From NCBI RefSeq assembly GCF_009914755.1, contig NC_060936.1: DNA of 64,000 bases. The stretch is one strand, 5' to 3'. The position numbers were made by a program, and so were the translations under genes. The notes beneath the pieces were generated by a model that was not told where the DNA came from, ran no database searches, and saw nothing but the letters and a program-made list of their open reading frames with translations. Below are positions 40,456 through 58,924 of the stretch, piece after piece. Each line of letters starts with the position of its first letter. Position 1 is the first letter of the stretch. Source of the stretch: the human T2T-CHM13v2.0 reference genome, Homo sapiens.

Positions 40456-42007
40456 GGAAATAACCAGACTTTTGTCAGTTAATAGATACTGGCTCTGAAT
40501 TGATGAAAATTTTCTGGGTAGCAACATTACTGCAGTTCACCAGTTGGGGCTTAAAGTGGTCAGGTGATAGATGGGGTACTAGCCTAAAAGGCTGATTGAC
40601 AGTTGACCTATTTGGTTCACAATGCACTTTGGTTATTACCCCAGTTTGGGAACATACAAATGAAATAGACTGCATGGCAAGTGGCAGAATTCACACATTA
40701 GCACTCTTACCCAAGATGATGAGGGTCATTATTGTAGGGAGAGCTATGTGGAAGTCTTTGGACCTCCCCCAGTCTATCAAGATAATGACCTAGAAGCAAT
40801 GTTGTATCTCTGGGGAATCTGCAAAGATTAATGACATCAAAGATGTGAATGAATCAAGAGTGGTGGTACCTCCATTTAACTCACCTGTTTGACTCGTGTA
40901 GCTGTCAGATGGATTTTTGAGAATGACTGTGGACTACAATGAATTTAATTAAGTGGTGACTCCAATTTCGCTGGCTCTGCTAGATGAGGAATCTTATTGG
41001 AGAAAATCAGTATGCCTCCTAATACTTGCTGTGCAGCTATTGACGTGGCTAATGCCATTTCCTTCATCCCAGCTTGCAAGGCCCATCAAAAACAGTTTGC
41101 TTTGACCTGGAAGCATTAACAGAGTACCTTCACAGTATTGCTTCAGGGCCAGGTCACTTCTACTCTGTGTCATAAAATAGGCTTCAGGGACCTTGATTGT
41201 CTCAACATTCCATAAAGAATCACTCTGGTTGGATCTGATAAGCAGGAAGTAGCAAACACTTTAGATTCCTTAGTAAGACAATGTGAACTAGAGGGGGATG
41301 AATCTTAAAAATTTCATATGCCTTCCATCTCAATAAGTTTCTGGTCATTCAACTGGTCTGCAGAATATTGACATATATCTTTCAAAGTGAAAGAGAAGTT
41401 GCGGCACTTTGCAATCTTTACCAAAAAAGTAGGGGCACGATGCTTTACTGGTTTTTTTGGATTTGGAAGCAACATATACTATATTTATTTGTGCTACCTC
41501 AACTAATTTAAGGAACTACTCATAAGACTCCCAGTTTCAAGCAGGGATTGTACCAAGAGAAGGTTGTACAAGAAGTTCAAGCTGCAGTATAAACAACCCT
41601 ACCATTTGGACCTTCTGATCTAGAAAATCCAATGATATTCAAAGAATCCATGGCAAATAAGGATGATATATCGAGCCAACAGGGATATCATAACACAGAC
41701 TTGTAGGGTTTGGAAGCAAGTTTATACACTCTTCTTTACATAACTATTCTCCTTTTGTGAAATAGCTTCTGGTTTATGACTGGGCCTTGTTAAAGACTGA
41801 ATGCTTAACCATGGACCTCAAATGGACATTTGCCCTAAGCTTCCCATCATGAACTGGGGGTTGTTTGACCCACCTAGTCATAAGGTTAGGTACATATAGC
41901 AACAATTTATCATCAAATGGAAATAGTACATAGGCTTGGACAAATCTGGAAGGCATGGGTAAATTGTATGAGAATGTGGTTTAAACTCCTTTACACTAAT
42001 AGCTTCT

Positions 42008-42357
<350 letters not shown>

Positions 42358-43223
42358 TAACCAGTTGACTGTAGATGAAAAAATGTGAATCTGATTTATA
42401 GTTGGATCTCTATAATATGCTAGCACCAACTGAAAGTGTACATCTGAAGCGTCATAGCCCCACTGAGGGTGTATGACCTTGCAGGACCATCATAAAGGAA
42501 AATCCTCCCAGTGGATAGACACTTAAATACTACACTTAGTTGTCCACTATGTCTGGGGTGACAGATGGCCAGAAGTATGTGTCTACACTGACTTTATAAC
42601 CTATTGCTAATGCTTTTGCTGAATGACCAGGGACTTAGAATATCATTGAAAGATTGGTAACAAGGAATTCTGGGAAAGAGATACATAAATGAAACTCTCC
42701 AAATGGGCAGGGACTTTGAAGATATATCCCATGTGAATGCCCATTGAAGGACATCTACAACAGAGACAGCTCTTAGTAATCAGTTACACTGCATGATGTA
42801 CTCTTTGGATTTCACTCAGCCTTTTCCCCTCAAGATACTCCAGTGTTTGCTAAAAGGGTCCCTGAAATAAAGTTACCCTTATGGCAGTGATAGAGTCTAT
42901 GCATAGAATCAACAACATGGACTTCCCCTTATCAAGGCTGACCTGGATAATGCTATGGCTGAATGCCTAATATGCCAACAGCAGAGACAAACATTGGATC
43001 TTCAATACAGTGCTGTTGATTAGGAGGACAAGTCAATCATCTGGTGGTAATTGGTTATATTGGAACTCTTCTGTCATGGAGTGAACAGAGTTTTGTTCTC
43101 ACTGGAATAGACACATGTTCTGGATATAAATTTTCCTTCCTTGCCTGTAATGTTTCTGCCAGCCTCATCATCTGTGGCATCACAAAATGTCTTTTCTACT
43201 TTCATGGCATTCCACATAGTATT

Positions 43224-43612
43224 GTGTTGTATTTACCCCACAGAAACAAATGTATTTCCAATCAAAACATGGTTCAGATGTTGAAACTGATGATGCAACA
43301 CCTCGTATGAAAAGCTTTTATTAGTCACATAATGAAGCTTTCAGGGGAGAGTAGGGTGGCTCCCAGGCAGGTCCAAAAATTGCTTAGGAAAACAAGGAAA
43401 AGAGACTGGCTAGGGGTTTTTATGATGGCTAAAGGGTGGGGCGGGGATGAAAATTCCCATGCATAGTTTGAACTTCCCACTGACACCGAAGGTGGGAACG
43501 TCTGGACTTTCTTATCAGGTTGCCCAAATGTGGGCTAAAGGGGATGAGGGAGGGTGATGTTTAAAAGCTGTTAGCAGTCAAACATCAAAAAATTGATTAT
43601 TTGATACATAGC
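43224..43612. mobile_element. LTR-like insertion splitting the ERVL integrase
   Basis: Integrase HGIPHSI stops at ~43223 and resumes (IAS..EKEVQ) at ~43625; the insert runs from TG to approximately TACA. Confidence 0.5.
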
Positions 43613-44559
43613 TTTTAAATAGAGATTGCTTCCTGCCGAGGAATTCCTTACCCAGAAAAGGAAGTGCAATAATGAGCTCTTGCCCATGGATATAACTGGG
43701 CTTACCACATACCCCATCAACCAGAGGCGACTGAACTGACTGAAAGGTTGAATGGGCTTCCTGAAGACTCAGTTATGGTACCAGCTGGGAAACTACACCC
43801 CAAAATGTAGGGTCCTGTGTTAAAGCATGCAAGACATTATTTGAATCAAACTATTGTATGTTATTATCTCTCCCATATATCCACCTGAGAATCAAGGGGA
43901 GAAAGAGTGAGTTGTTCTCTAACTACTGTTACCAATAACCCATTCCAGCAAATTTGAGGTTGGAGGTCTTACTCCCCAAGAGGAAATGCTTCAACCAGAG
44001 ACATAACAATGGTTCCAGTGTATTGGAAGATGAGACAGCCACCTGGCCATTTTGGATTCTTCATGCTTCTGAATCAACAGACAAAAAAAAAGTGGGGGTT
44101 ATTCAACTGGCTGGTGTGACTAATCCTGATTATCAAGGGGAAATCAGGTGGTTGCCACCAAGTGAGGGCAAGTATGACTATGCCTGGAACTCTGGGTATC
44201 CTATGGATTTCCTCTTAGTCCATCCATGCCCAGTAGTAAAGGTTAACAGAAAACTATACATGCTCCCCCTCTAATCAAAGACGGAACAGTTGAGGACTCA
44301 TACACTTCAGGAATGAAGATTTGGGATACTTCACAGGTAAATAATTCTGGCCAGATTCTGGCTGAGTGAAGGGGAAATATGAAATGAATAATGAAGAAGA
44401 AAGCCATGGACATCAATTATGGCTTCATGACCAATTAGAGAAACGAGGACTGTAGTAAGTTTGCACATTTCCTCTTTGCTTATAGATGTATATATTTATT
44501 TGTATATGCTAAAAAATTTTCCTTCTCTTTCTCTCTTCTGTTTTTTTATTTTGTATATG

Positions 44560-47113
44560 TTGTCATAATAGCTATTATTATTTTGAGCTACGTTCCATCC
44601 ATACCTAGTTTATTAAGAGTTTTTAGCATGAAGCATTGTTAAATTTTATCGAAGGCATTTTCTGCATCTATTGAGATAATCCTGTGGTTTTTGTCATTGG
44701 TTCTGTTTATGTGATGGATTATGTTTATTAATTTGCATATGTTGGACCAACCTTGCATCTCAGGGATGAAGCCGACTTGATCATGGTGGATAAGCTTTTT
44801 GATGTGCTGCTGGATTCGGTTTGCCGGTGTTTTATTGAGGATTGTCGCACTGATATTCATCAGGGATATTGGCCTGAAGTTTTCTTTTTTTGTCGTGTCT
44901 CTGCCAGGTTTTGGTATCAGGATGATGCTGGCCTCATAAAATGAGTTAGGGAGGATTCCCTCTTTTTCTGTTATTTGGAGTAGTTTCAGAAGGAATGGTA
45001 CCAGCTCCTCTTTGTACCTCTGGTAGAATTCAGCTTTGAATCCATCTGGTCCTGGGCTTTTTTTGGTTGGTAGGCTATTAATTAGTGCCTCAATTTCAGA
45101 ATTTGTTATTGGTCTATTCAGGGATTCTACTTCTTCCTGGTTTAGTCTTGGGAGGGTGTATGTGTCCAGGAATTTATTCATTTCTTCTAGATTTTCTAGT
45201 TCATTTGTGTAGAGGTGTTTGTAGTATTCTCTGACGGTAGTTTGTATTTCTGTGGTATCAGTGGTGATATCCCCTTTATCATTTTTTATTGTCTCTTTGA
45301 TTCTTCTCTCTTTTCTTCTTTAATAGTCTGGCTAGTGGTCTATCTATTTTGTTAATCTTTTCAGAAAAACAGCTCCTGGATTCACTGATTTTTTGAAGGG
45401 TTTTTCATGTCTTTATCTCCTTCAATTCTGCTCTGATCTTAGTTATTTCTAGTCTTCTGCTAGCTTTTGAATTTGTTTGCTCTTGCTTCTCTAGTTCTTT
45501 TAATTGTGATGTTAGGGTGTCGATTTTAGATCTTTCCCACTTTCTCCTGTGGGCATTTAGTGCTATAAAATTTCCCTCTAAACACTGCTTTAGCTGTGTC
45601 CCAGAGATTCTGGTACATTGTGTCTTTGTTCTCACTGGTTTCAAAGAACTAATTTATTTTTGTCTTCATTTCGTTACTTACCCAGTAGTCATTCAGTAGC
45701 AGATTGTTCCGTTTCCATGTAGTTGTGCCGTTTTGAATGAGTTTCTTAATCCTGAGTTCTAATTTGATTGCACTGTGTTCTGAGAGACTGTTTTGATTTC
45801 CGTTTTTTTGCATTTGCTGAGGAGTGTTTTACTTCCAATTATGTGGTCAATTTTAGAATAAGTGCAATGTGGTACTGAGAAGAATGTATATTCTGTTGAG
45901 TTGGGGTGGAGAGTCCTGTAGATGTCTATTAGGTCTGCTTGGTCCAGAGCTGAGTTCAAGTCCTATCCTTGTTGATTTTCTGTCACATTGATCTGTCTAA
46001 TATTGATAGTGGGGTGTTAAAGTCTCCCACTATTATTGTGTGGGAGTCTAAGTCTCTTTGTAGGTCTCTAAGAACTTGCTTTATGAATCTGGGCTCTCCT
46101 GTATTGGGTGCATATATATTTAGGATAGTTAGCTCTTCTTATTGAATTGATCCCTTTACCATTATGTAATGGCCTTCTTTGTCTTTTTTGATCTTTGTTG
46201 ACTTAAAGTCTGTTTTATCAGCGACTAGGATTGCAACCTTTGCTTTTTTTTTTCCTTTCCATTTGCTTGGTAATTTTTCCTCCATCCCTTTATTTTGAGC
46301 CTATGTGTATCTTTGCATGTGAGATGGGTCTTCTGAATACAGCACACCAATGGGTCTTGACTCTTTATCCAGTTTGCCAGTCTGTGTCTTTTAATTGGGG
46401 CATTTAGCCCATTTACATGTAAGGGTAATATTGTTATGTGTGAATTTGATCCTGTCATTATGATGCTAGCTAGTTACTTTGCCCATTAATTGATGCAGTT
46501 TCTTCATAGTGTCGGTGACCTTTACAATTTGGTATATTTTTGCAGTGGCTGGTACCAGTTTTTCCTTTCCATATTTAGTGCTTCCTTCGGGAGCTCTTGT
46601 AAGGCAGGCCCCGTGGTGACAAAATCTCTCAGCATTTGCTTGTCTGAAAAGGATTTTATTTCTCCTTCACTTATGAAGTTTAGTTTGGCTGAATATGAAA
46701 TTCTGGGTTGAAAACTCTTTTCTTTAAGAATGTTGAATATTGGCCCCCACTCTCTTCTGGCTTGTAGGGTTTCTGCAGAGAGATCTGCTGTTAGTCTGAT
46801 GGGCTTCCCTTTGTTGGTAACCCAACCTTTCTCTCTGGCTGCCCTTAACATTTTTTCCTTCATTTCAACCTTGGTGAATCTGACAATTATGTGTCTTGGG
46901 GTTGCTCTTCTCAAGGACTATCTTTGTGGTGTTCTCTGTATTTCCTGAAATTGACTGTTGGCCTGTCTTGCTAGGTTGGGGAAGTTCTCCTGGATAATAT
47001 CCTAAAGAGTGTTTTCCAACTCGGTTCCATTCTCCCCGTCACTTTCAGGTGCACCAATCAAATGTAGGTTTGGTCTTTTGACATAGTCCCATATTTCTTG
47101 GAGGCTTTCTTCA
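44560..47113 (-). mobile_element. L1PA internal fragment (ORF1 3' half plus ORF2 EN to start of RT), no 3'UTR or poly(A)
   Basis: ORFs RRATPRHIIVRFTKVEMKEKML (ORF1), MTGSNSHITIL..NGLNAPIKR (ORF2 start), [17 protein letters not shown]. Confidence 0.93.
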
Positions 47114-47442
47114 TTGTTGGAGTTTAGCATTACAGTTTTATCTTTAAGGAACAGATATTCAGTGGGACTATGATAGAACATGAGGAGTAATTAATACAAC
47201 AGCAGTGGATACAATGATTATTGGGACTGGTGCAACTTTTCATTTAGGGAAAGGGTAAGAACTTCACTTATAAGAAAGATAAGGTTTTAAAATGTGCCTG
47301 ACCATTTTATGGTTCTATTACATATACCTAGTTTGGTTTCTGAGATAATTTAATATAAACTGTGGTCAAATTATATATATATGTATATGTTTCTTTGCCC
47401 ATTTTATCATTGTGTTTAATGATATTTATTATTTTATTTTAA

Positions 47443-47820
<378 letters not shown>

Positions 47821-47899
47821 TGCACATACCTTTTAAAGAAAGTTTAGCTCTTCAAGTTTGCACAATTTCATGTCCTGATTTTAAATTTATTTATTAATT

Positions 47900-48670
<771 letters not shown>

Positions 48671-48699
48671 TTCACTACTCCTTGACCATTTGCAGGCAC

Positions 48700-49642
48700 A
48701 TATGCCATTTTTCCCTATGTTCAAAGTGAACAGCCTTCACTTCCTGTTTCTTGAAGCTATAGATGAGGAGGTTCAGCAAGGATGTGATCACACCTCTATA
48801 CAATATACAAGTATGAAATTGTGCATACTGTATAGAGACCGCTTGCTCCAGGACTGATCCTAAAGGTGGGCTGATGTGCTTGAATAGAGCTGTCCCATAG
48901 AACAAAAGCACCATGGTGAGATGGGAGTAACAGGTTTTGCCTTGGCCACCCAGAGGAAGAAATACCTAGAATGGCAAACATAATTTTTGAGTAAGCAAAG
49001 AGGTTCAGAGGAAGTGTCACAAGTCTGAGAAATGCAATAGATCCAGATAGAAGAATGGTGTTAGCATGGGATCAGTGCAGGACAGAGGGAAGCGTGAAGA
49101 CCGTTTCATAACTGAAGTGGAGAATGATATTGGGACCACAGAACTGCAAGTTTGGATACAAAGATTGTTCACTTGTGAGTTCAGAAACCCCATCTTGTTG
49201 GTTGCATTGACCGTTGCAGTGCAGAGAGGTCGGTTCATGACCATGGTAGAGAGCAGAGGGTGGCAGATGGCAGCATAGCAGGCATAGGTGATGGCAGAGA
49301 GCAAGCAGCCATTGGTGCCCCAAGAAAAAATGAAAAAGAAACTCTAGGTGATATAACCCCACACCAAGATAGGTTTTTATGAAACAGGAAATTCTGCAGC
49401 ATCTTGGGCAGTGACTGAGGAGTAACATATATCTAGGAAGAAAAAATGTCCAAGGAAGAATTACATGGGGGTACGGAGGCAAGAATCAGCATTGATTACC
49501 AACAGCATCATCAGATTCCCTATCAGGGTCAGGAGATAAATCACCAGGAACAGCACAAAGAGTGGGGTCTGGATCTGGGGGTGGGGCACTGGACAGCCCC
49601 AGAAACACAAATTAATTCATCGATAATGCTAACATTTTTGAT
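48700..49642 (-). pseudogene. OR5BT1P: Olfactory receptor pseudogene, start mutated to ATC, multiple frameshifts; symbol tentative
   Basis: YAAICHPL, LQFCGPNII, PLSCTDP, FYGTALF, LLNLLIYSFKKQEVKAV found in different minus-strand frames. Confidence 0.85.
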
Positions 49643-49751
49643 GGTTTCTTAGAGATACTATCCCCAGAAAGAAACATATATGAATATTTCATCTGGTAGG
49701 ACAATTATCTGAGTCTTTCTCAGTGATTTTAACCTATAAAGAATTCACCTT

Positions 49752-50056
<305 letters not shown>

Positions 50057-50310
50057 TTACCTTCAATCCAGATATTAAATCTGAGGCCAAAGGAATATCA
50101 AATTACTCTATTAAATACTGCAACTTTCCTTCTGCCAAGCTCTCCTAAGCCCCTCATCCAGCTAATCTTCTTTTCCCTCATAACACTTAATGCTTTCTAA
50201 CAGATACTTGACTTACTTAGTACATTAAAAAATTATCTCTGCCTTCTGGAATTTATATTATACTATATTATACACAGGCAAGGATATTTGTCTTTTTTTC
50301 CCCTACAGAG

Positions 50311-50853
50311 TGTATGGTAAACCCACCTGATAGCAGTAACTTAAGCATACCCTGAGAATGACCCAGTACGGCTGACACACCTGAATGTGTGTTCCAAGCT
50401 GGGGAATCCGGGAGTGGCCAGCCCAGAGATTTGTTCCTTGTCCATGAGGAACAGCTGAGCCTCCGGCTCGTCCAGTAGAATGTGGGCCATACAGGGGATC
50501 AAGGTCCCTTGTTTTGGGTTAAGCTTAAGTTGCTGGATGGAGACTCTTTTGTGGGGGGTGGGGGAGGGTGTTGCTAAGTGACAATGCTATATAAACTGCA
50601 GGCCTTTTGCAAGCAGTTGAAGTTCTTCTGCCCAGTCTGCCATTGCTGTACTGTATGTAAGGCAGTTCTCCTGCCCAGCCTGCTGCCACTGGGCCGTGCA
50701 GTTATCTTATCTAGTCCATCGCCATTGGACTCTCTCCCCTCTATGTAAGCCCCCAATAAAACTCCATGTCTCATTTGCTGGCTCTGAGTCTCTTCTTTGG
50801 CCTCTTGAACCTGGTGCCATCCCCACTGGAGTTGATAGGGGTTCGGCACAACA
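50311..50853 (+). mobile_element. ERVL solo LTR (LTR32-like)
   Basis: TG...CA termini; TATATAAA at ~50588; AATAAA at ~50755; GGAATCCGGGAGTGGCC motif. Confidence 0.7.
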
Positions 50854-52884
50854 CTGATGCACTCCCCAAAGCCAATAATTGTCACCGTCTTAAAAACTTT
50901 TGAGTTAGAGAAGATGATCAGGGAAGTGTCACAGTCCTAGAAACGCAGTAGACCCAGTTAGAAGGCTCTCAGTATTTGCCAAATGAAAGAATGAATGCCT
51001 CCTCAGCTATAATGTCTTCCCCTAACCCTCATGCTACCAGCTCTCTGCTTAGAAGCAAGACACCTCCCACAGTCTCTATCCTCTTGTACTCTTCCCCAGC
51101 CTTTCAGCTGGTAACATCCAAGATCAGGTGAGCCCTAGAGTTGAAATGAGTAGAAAGATGCCAAAGTGAAACTCTTTTGTGGGAGGCTATTTTTCCAAAC
51201 AATTGGAGCTTAAATTCTTAGCACATTTCATCTGAAAGGAACATTCAGAGGCATGTTATCTGACTCTGTATTTTCACATAAGGACAATATGGAAGAGGGA
51301 AATGACATGTCTTGCACAAGGTCACGTAGCTAGGTGGTTTCAGAGCCAAGACCAAGCAAGTTGTTCTGATTTCTCATCCAGTTCTCTTTCTGATGCTCCA
51401 CACATGGGCAATAGATATTTGTGGATTTAAGCAGTTTTGCATTGAGCCTGGTGTGGACTGGGCAGGACAGGAGTGACCCTAATATTTCTTGGTCCTGTGA
51501 GTTTGCAACATGTCTTAAGTTTCTACAGCAGCTACTATGGCGGTAAAGTGAGCACTAGACTCAGAGTTAGGAAGCCCTTGCTGATTACCTTGAAAAGTCT
51601 GTGAAAACTTTTCAAGACATAACCTTCCCAAATGCAAAATGGGTATAAAATTGGAGCAAATGTGATTAAAATCTTCAAAAGACATACTTTTAATAAAAGT
51701 TTTAAAAATATGTATAAGACTGAAATAGAATATGGGTAAAATAAATATTTGAGATCTTTTGGTGTCTAGATTGTGCACAATTTTCCCCATGAAATATTTC
51801 ACCTGTGCTGTAAAATTATGTTTTCAGTAAAAGCATTTTTTTTTAAATAGGAAAAGTGCTTTCTGGCTCCCAGTTCCTCTCAGCCAGACTTCCAAGCCTT
51901 CTTCATTTTTTATTCTCTCTGGACATTCACTCTCCTCTCTCTTGCCAAGACATGCTGACTCACCGCTTGTATTTTATATTGCTCTCCCATCAGAAAAATA
52001 CAAACATTTTTTTCTTTCCTTACCTCCTTCAAACCTCATTTCCTTATTCTTATTGCTGTTCCCACCTACTTACATACTCATATGATAATAACTATCATTT
52101 ATTTTATGCATCATGTATGTCAGACACCATAACAGAATGCTGTTGATCTCATTTAATTCTCACAAAAACTGATAGTACAGGTATTTCTGACCCCATTTCT
52201 GTAGGTCAGGAAGGTTAAGTGGCACACTCAGTCACACACCTTACAAAGTGATGGAATTGAGACTCATGCCCAAGGCCCTTTGACTTCAAATCCTATGTTT
52301 TTACTGCTTTGCAATACTGTAAAAGTGTGCTTATGGGAAAATCTTTCTTGGTTTGGAGACTATGCATTTTCCTGAGGAGACTTAGGAGTCTAGGCAGGAA
52401 TGTGAAGTGGCCCTGGGCATTTGAGTCATTGACCATGCCTGGAACTTCTTCCTCACATTCTCCCAATGCTCACAAAGATATGGGCATGAGGAGTCTGACC
52501 TCTTGGAAGAAAGATGGGGACTTCTGAGTCACGGAAAATTCCAGGAAGAGAAGACTAAGGTAAAGCCAGATGGAGGACTGAAAGCAACTCAGACTTAAAG
52601 AAGCGGAACTCTACAGGAATGGGGAAAATGGGGTATCAGAGAGGGCACTTCTAGTTTTCCCTGACTTGTTTCCCTACCTGAAGCATTGGGTGGTGATGCA
52701 TCAAGTAAGTAACACGAGAAGGACTGAGATTTATTCATACAAAGAACAGTCCTCTTCTTGTCCCTTTCCTAAAAATAGCAATAGCAAATTTAACTTTTCA
52801 TTTTTGATCTTTCTCACTCTTTATCATACTCTTTCAAGAGCTACTGTGCTATATTAGAAACACATCTGGAGGCAGAGCATGACC

Positions 52885-53935
52885 TCAACTGAACTCTAGA
52901 AAGCCCCAGGATCCCAGACTCTAGTGAACTTTCCAAGTGTGTTGCATGGAACGCAAATATGCTGCCCCCAAGCTTCAGGGGCCGCCACAAGCACTGAGAG
53001 GCTAGTCCTGTGTGTCGGTCTCTCCCTGTCCCTGCCTCATGCACTATAATCACCATGGCTCTTCATTTATTTGTTTTTATGTGTGTGGCTTTTGCAGTGG
53101 GTTTTATTTTAATGAACAAAATATTTAGCTAATAAAGCAACTTTTAAAATGAGTCACTTAAGGAATCTTTGATCAGAAGTAAGGAAAAAGACTCTTTTTT
53201 TCTGGTCTCTATATTCACCACTCCACTCATCTTTCATCTCAAAGAAAGCTTTTTTATTTGTTTGTTTTTGTCCAGATCCTGGTACATGAAAAAACAGAAT
53301 AGAGAAACCCCAATGGGCAAGTGGGTAGAGAGATCTAACTTAGAGGACAGTCACTACCTGATTTTGTGACTTTGAGCAACAATATTACCATCCTGGGTCC
53401 AGTTTCCAATTCTAATAGTTTATTTTTAAAAAGAAATTTATAACTAAGGCCCATTCAGATTCCCCCAATTCGATGTAGCTCTGGCTCACTCACCTCCTCA
53501 GTGAACAGGGCTGTCCCGGGTCCAAAATACACACTGCATTTCAAGCTAGGCTGTCAGCTGCCTCCACAGCAGGAATGCAATATGTGCAAAAAAACTCTCT
53601 CCAGCAGTAATTGTCTTCCACAGAGGGCTACAATTGCATTTCCCACAAAGCACACTTAGCTCCCAGTCAATGCTAGGTCTGAAGTCATGCTCAAACTCAG
53701 AGCAGTTCACTTGAAGGTCACTTCTGGGTAGAGGCTAAGGTGCTGTGGCATCCAGTGGAGGCTGTCTTGAGTCTTTTGTTCCCAGCTAAGAGAATCTGGT
53801 ATTTCTTATTTTACTCTTTCATCTCCTTCAATCCTGAGGAAAGCTCACGGCTAGTTTGTGTGACTTATCTGTATTTCTTCATGAATTTGTTGGTAATCTT
53901 GTGCCAGATGGTCCCTTGTGGTAATCTTGTGCCAG
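52885..53935 (-). promoter_or_regulatory. Putative promoter / 5' non-coding exon region of the OR at 48.7-49.6 kb (donor GAG|GTGAGT at 53493)
   Basis: Paralogous to 21890-22950; perfect consensus donor. Confidence 0.55.
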
Positions 53936-54635
53936 GAGGGATGTTGAGTAAGTACCCAAAGATAGCACCATTCTCCTTGAGCATCTCCTGGAACCAACCA
54001 TGTTCTTTTTCTTCTCTTGTATCTGCCTTTCCATCAAGACTTTCTACTCAACTTATTTGTAGAAACTACTTATGTTTCTCCATTTAAAAACAAAGCAGGA
54101 GCATTTAGTAACCCCCTTTCCTCAGGAAGAAGCCTTAAAAATATAATCAAGTTTGAAAACCTTCCATGAATAATAAATTGACTTTAAAGTCCTCTACATA
54201 TGAAAACACTAAGATTTAGATCTTTCTGTTGAAGAGAAAGAGGAAAGTACAAGTTAGTGAAAATTTAACCTTCACCCTTCTATACTTTAATTCATTTCTG
54301 AGATTGTCCCAATTCTTCAGAAAATAGACATATGTAATATACCACATATTATGCAACATGCCCATAATCAAACACATTACTATCTATAGTGAAACGTCTG
54401 AGTACTCCTAAGTGGGATACAGGGCTACAAATAGCCTCATGTCAGTTAACTTCCAATGTTCCTCCAAATTAGTTTTGAGAAAAAAAAAAAGTTTAGTTTT
54501 TAGAGCGTTTTGGAGAGTTTAGAATTAGAGATGAGGGTTTATAAACTTGTTCTAAATGCTTATATTAATGTTTTTGATTTCTACGTTTCTTATTACATTT
54601 CTTGATCTGTCTGTTCTTGCGATAGCACTATACTG

Positions 54636-57213
<2,578 letters not shown>

Positions 57214-57795
57214 AACTATTCCAAACCAAGCAACCAGATTCTATGCAAGACATTCACAATGTTATTATTAGCACACCTGAAACAGTTATTTTTCCTTTGA
57301 ACAGGTTAGGGCGAGTTCTTGGCAATCTGTGTCTTTGCTTTCTGGCATCCAGAAAGTTAGTCAACTCTAATCAGACACATCAACATTTTAGGGGAGCCCC
57401 AGTCAGGTGGATGAAGCAATCTTCCTTCAGTACCATCTTCAATCAGTAACTAGTTTACACTCTGAAGAGTATTTCACACTCTTATGTTTTAAAACCCTTG
57501 GGAGTTCTATACTTTCAAAACTCTTAAGCAAAACGAGCAGGTTTGGACTCTGTCTCCCCACACAACTCCATTCCAGGGCCTATTTCTCAGTGTTTATTTT
57601 CTTACCAAATACAATAAAGTAAGCCATCTCACGCTTGAATCTTCTATTACCCAGACCCTAGAGGTTATGTTCATCAAACGGCAATTTTCTTAAGTGACGG
57701 AATGAGCCATTTATGTACTTCATCCTCTTGAGTATTTTTTCTCATTGCCTTCAGACCAAATGTAACATGAATCCTCCATACAGGAAGGGGCATGT

Positions 57796-58702
57796 TTACT
57801 GCTTCAACATTTTACACAGAGCTGTCTTCACCTCCTGGTTCTTGAGGCTGCAGATGAGTGGCTTCAGTGAAGATGTGATCACACTGTACTGAATGCAGAC
57901 CACTTGCTCCAAGATGGAACCTAAGAGAGGGGTCGTGTACCTTAATAAAACCTTACCATAGTACAAAAGCACCACGGTGAGGTGGGAGGAGCAGGTGGAG
58001 AAGGCTTTGCCTTGACCCTCAGAAAAACAAATGGCTAGGAGGCAGAGATGGTGTTAGAGTAAGAAAAGAGGACCAGCGGCAAGTCACAAATCCTAGCAAT
58101 GTACATGACCCAGCAGGAAGGACCTCACTGGCAGCTGGATCAATACAAGAGAGAGGGAAGAGTGAAGGCAGCTCACAGCAGAAGTGAGGGATGACACTGG
58201 GGCCACAGAAGTGTAAGTTGTAAATGAAAAGATTCTTTGTCAAGGAGTTTAGGAATCCCACTGCCCATGCTGCAATCACCATCCTGACACAGACAGGCTG
58301 ATTCATAACCACATCGTTGAGCCGAGGGTGGCAGTTGGAAGTAGAGTGATCACAGGCCATGGCAAGGAGTAGGCAGGCTTCTGTGCTCCCAGAGAATATG
58401 AGAAAGAAACTCTGGACAATGCAGTACCACATAGAGATGGTTTACCTTTGAGTTAATAAATTCTGCAGCATCTTGGGCACAGGGATTGAAGGAAGGCAGA
58501 GATCTAACAGTGACAGGTGACCCAGAAAGAAGTACATGGTTGTTTTAAGGTGGGAATTGGTCCTGATCACCAGGATCATCATCAGGTTCTCCATCAGTGA
58601 CAACAGATAAATCACCAGGAGCATACAGGTCATGGTCTGGATCTGAGGATTTCTAGATGATTCCATAAGGACGAACTCAGTAATGATGATGAGATTTTTC
58701 AT
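57796..58702 (-). pseudogene. OR5BJ1P: Olfactory receptor pseudogene, near full length (907 bp), ATG intact, internal stop and frameshift; symbol tentative
   Basis: MKNLIIITEFVLM, HLKTTMYFFLGHLSLLD, TAA at 58444-58442, AMACDH, LHFCGPSVIPHFCCELPSL, GKAFSTCSSHL, KPLICSLKNQEVKTALCKMLKQ*. Confidence 0.88.
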
Positions 58703-58924
58703 AATTAGAGATACTAGCCCTAAGAAGAAATATAACACAGTTGAGTCATTCCAGATGCACAGGACTGCCTCTTCTGTAAAAAATGTTACTTTCAGCTTAA
58801 AGATACAAAAAAAAATTATGAGGCCAAGGAGTTTCTGGATAACACCCATCATCCCCATCATTACTTCAATCCTGGATGAATTCAGGATTCCAAAGTCCCT
58901 CCTCCTAGACTGCTTTCTTAATAC

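Noticed and set aside
54330-54550. Possible Tigger-like DNA transposon fragment, and similar hAT-like remnants at ~3940-4090 and ~21930-22165
   Set aside because: Too diverged to assign family or boundaries without Dfam.
58442-58861. N-terminal extension of the third OR ORF (MMGMMGV...)
   Set aside because: It reads through the conserved splice acceptor into the intron; the true start is the ATG at 58702.
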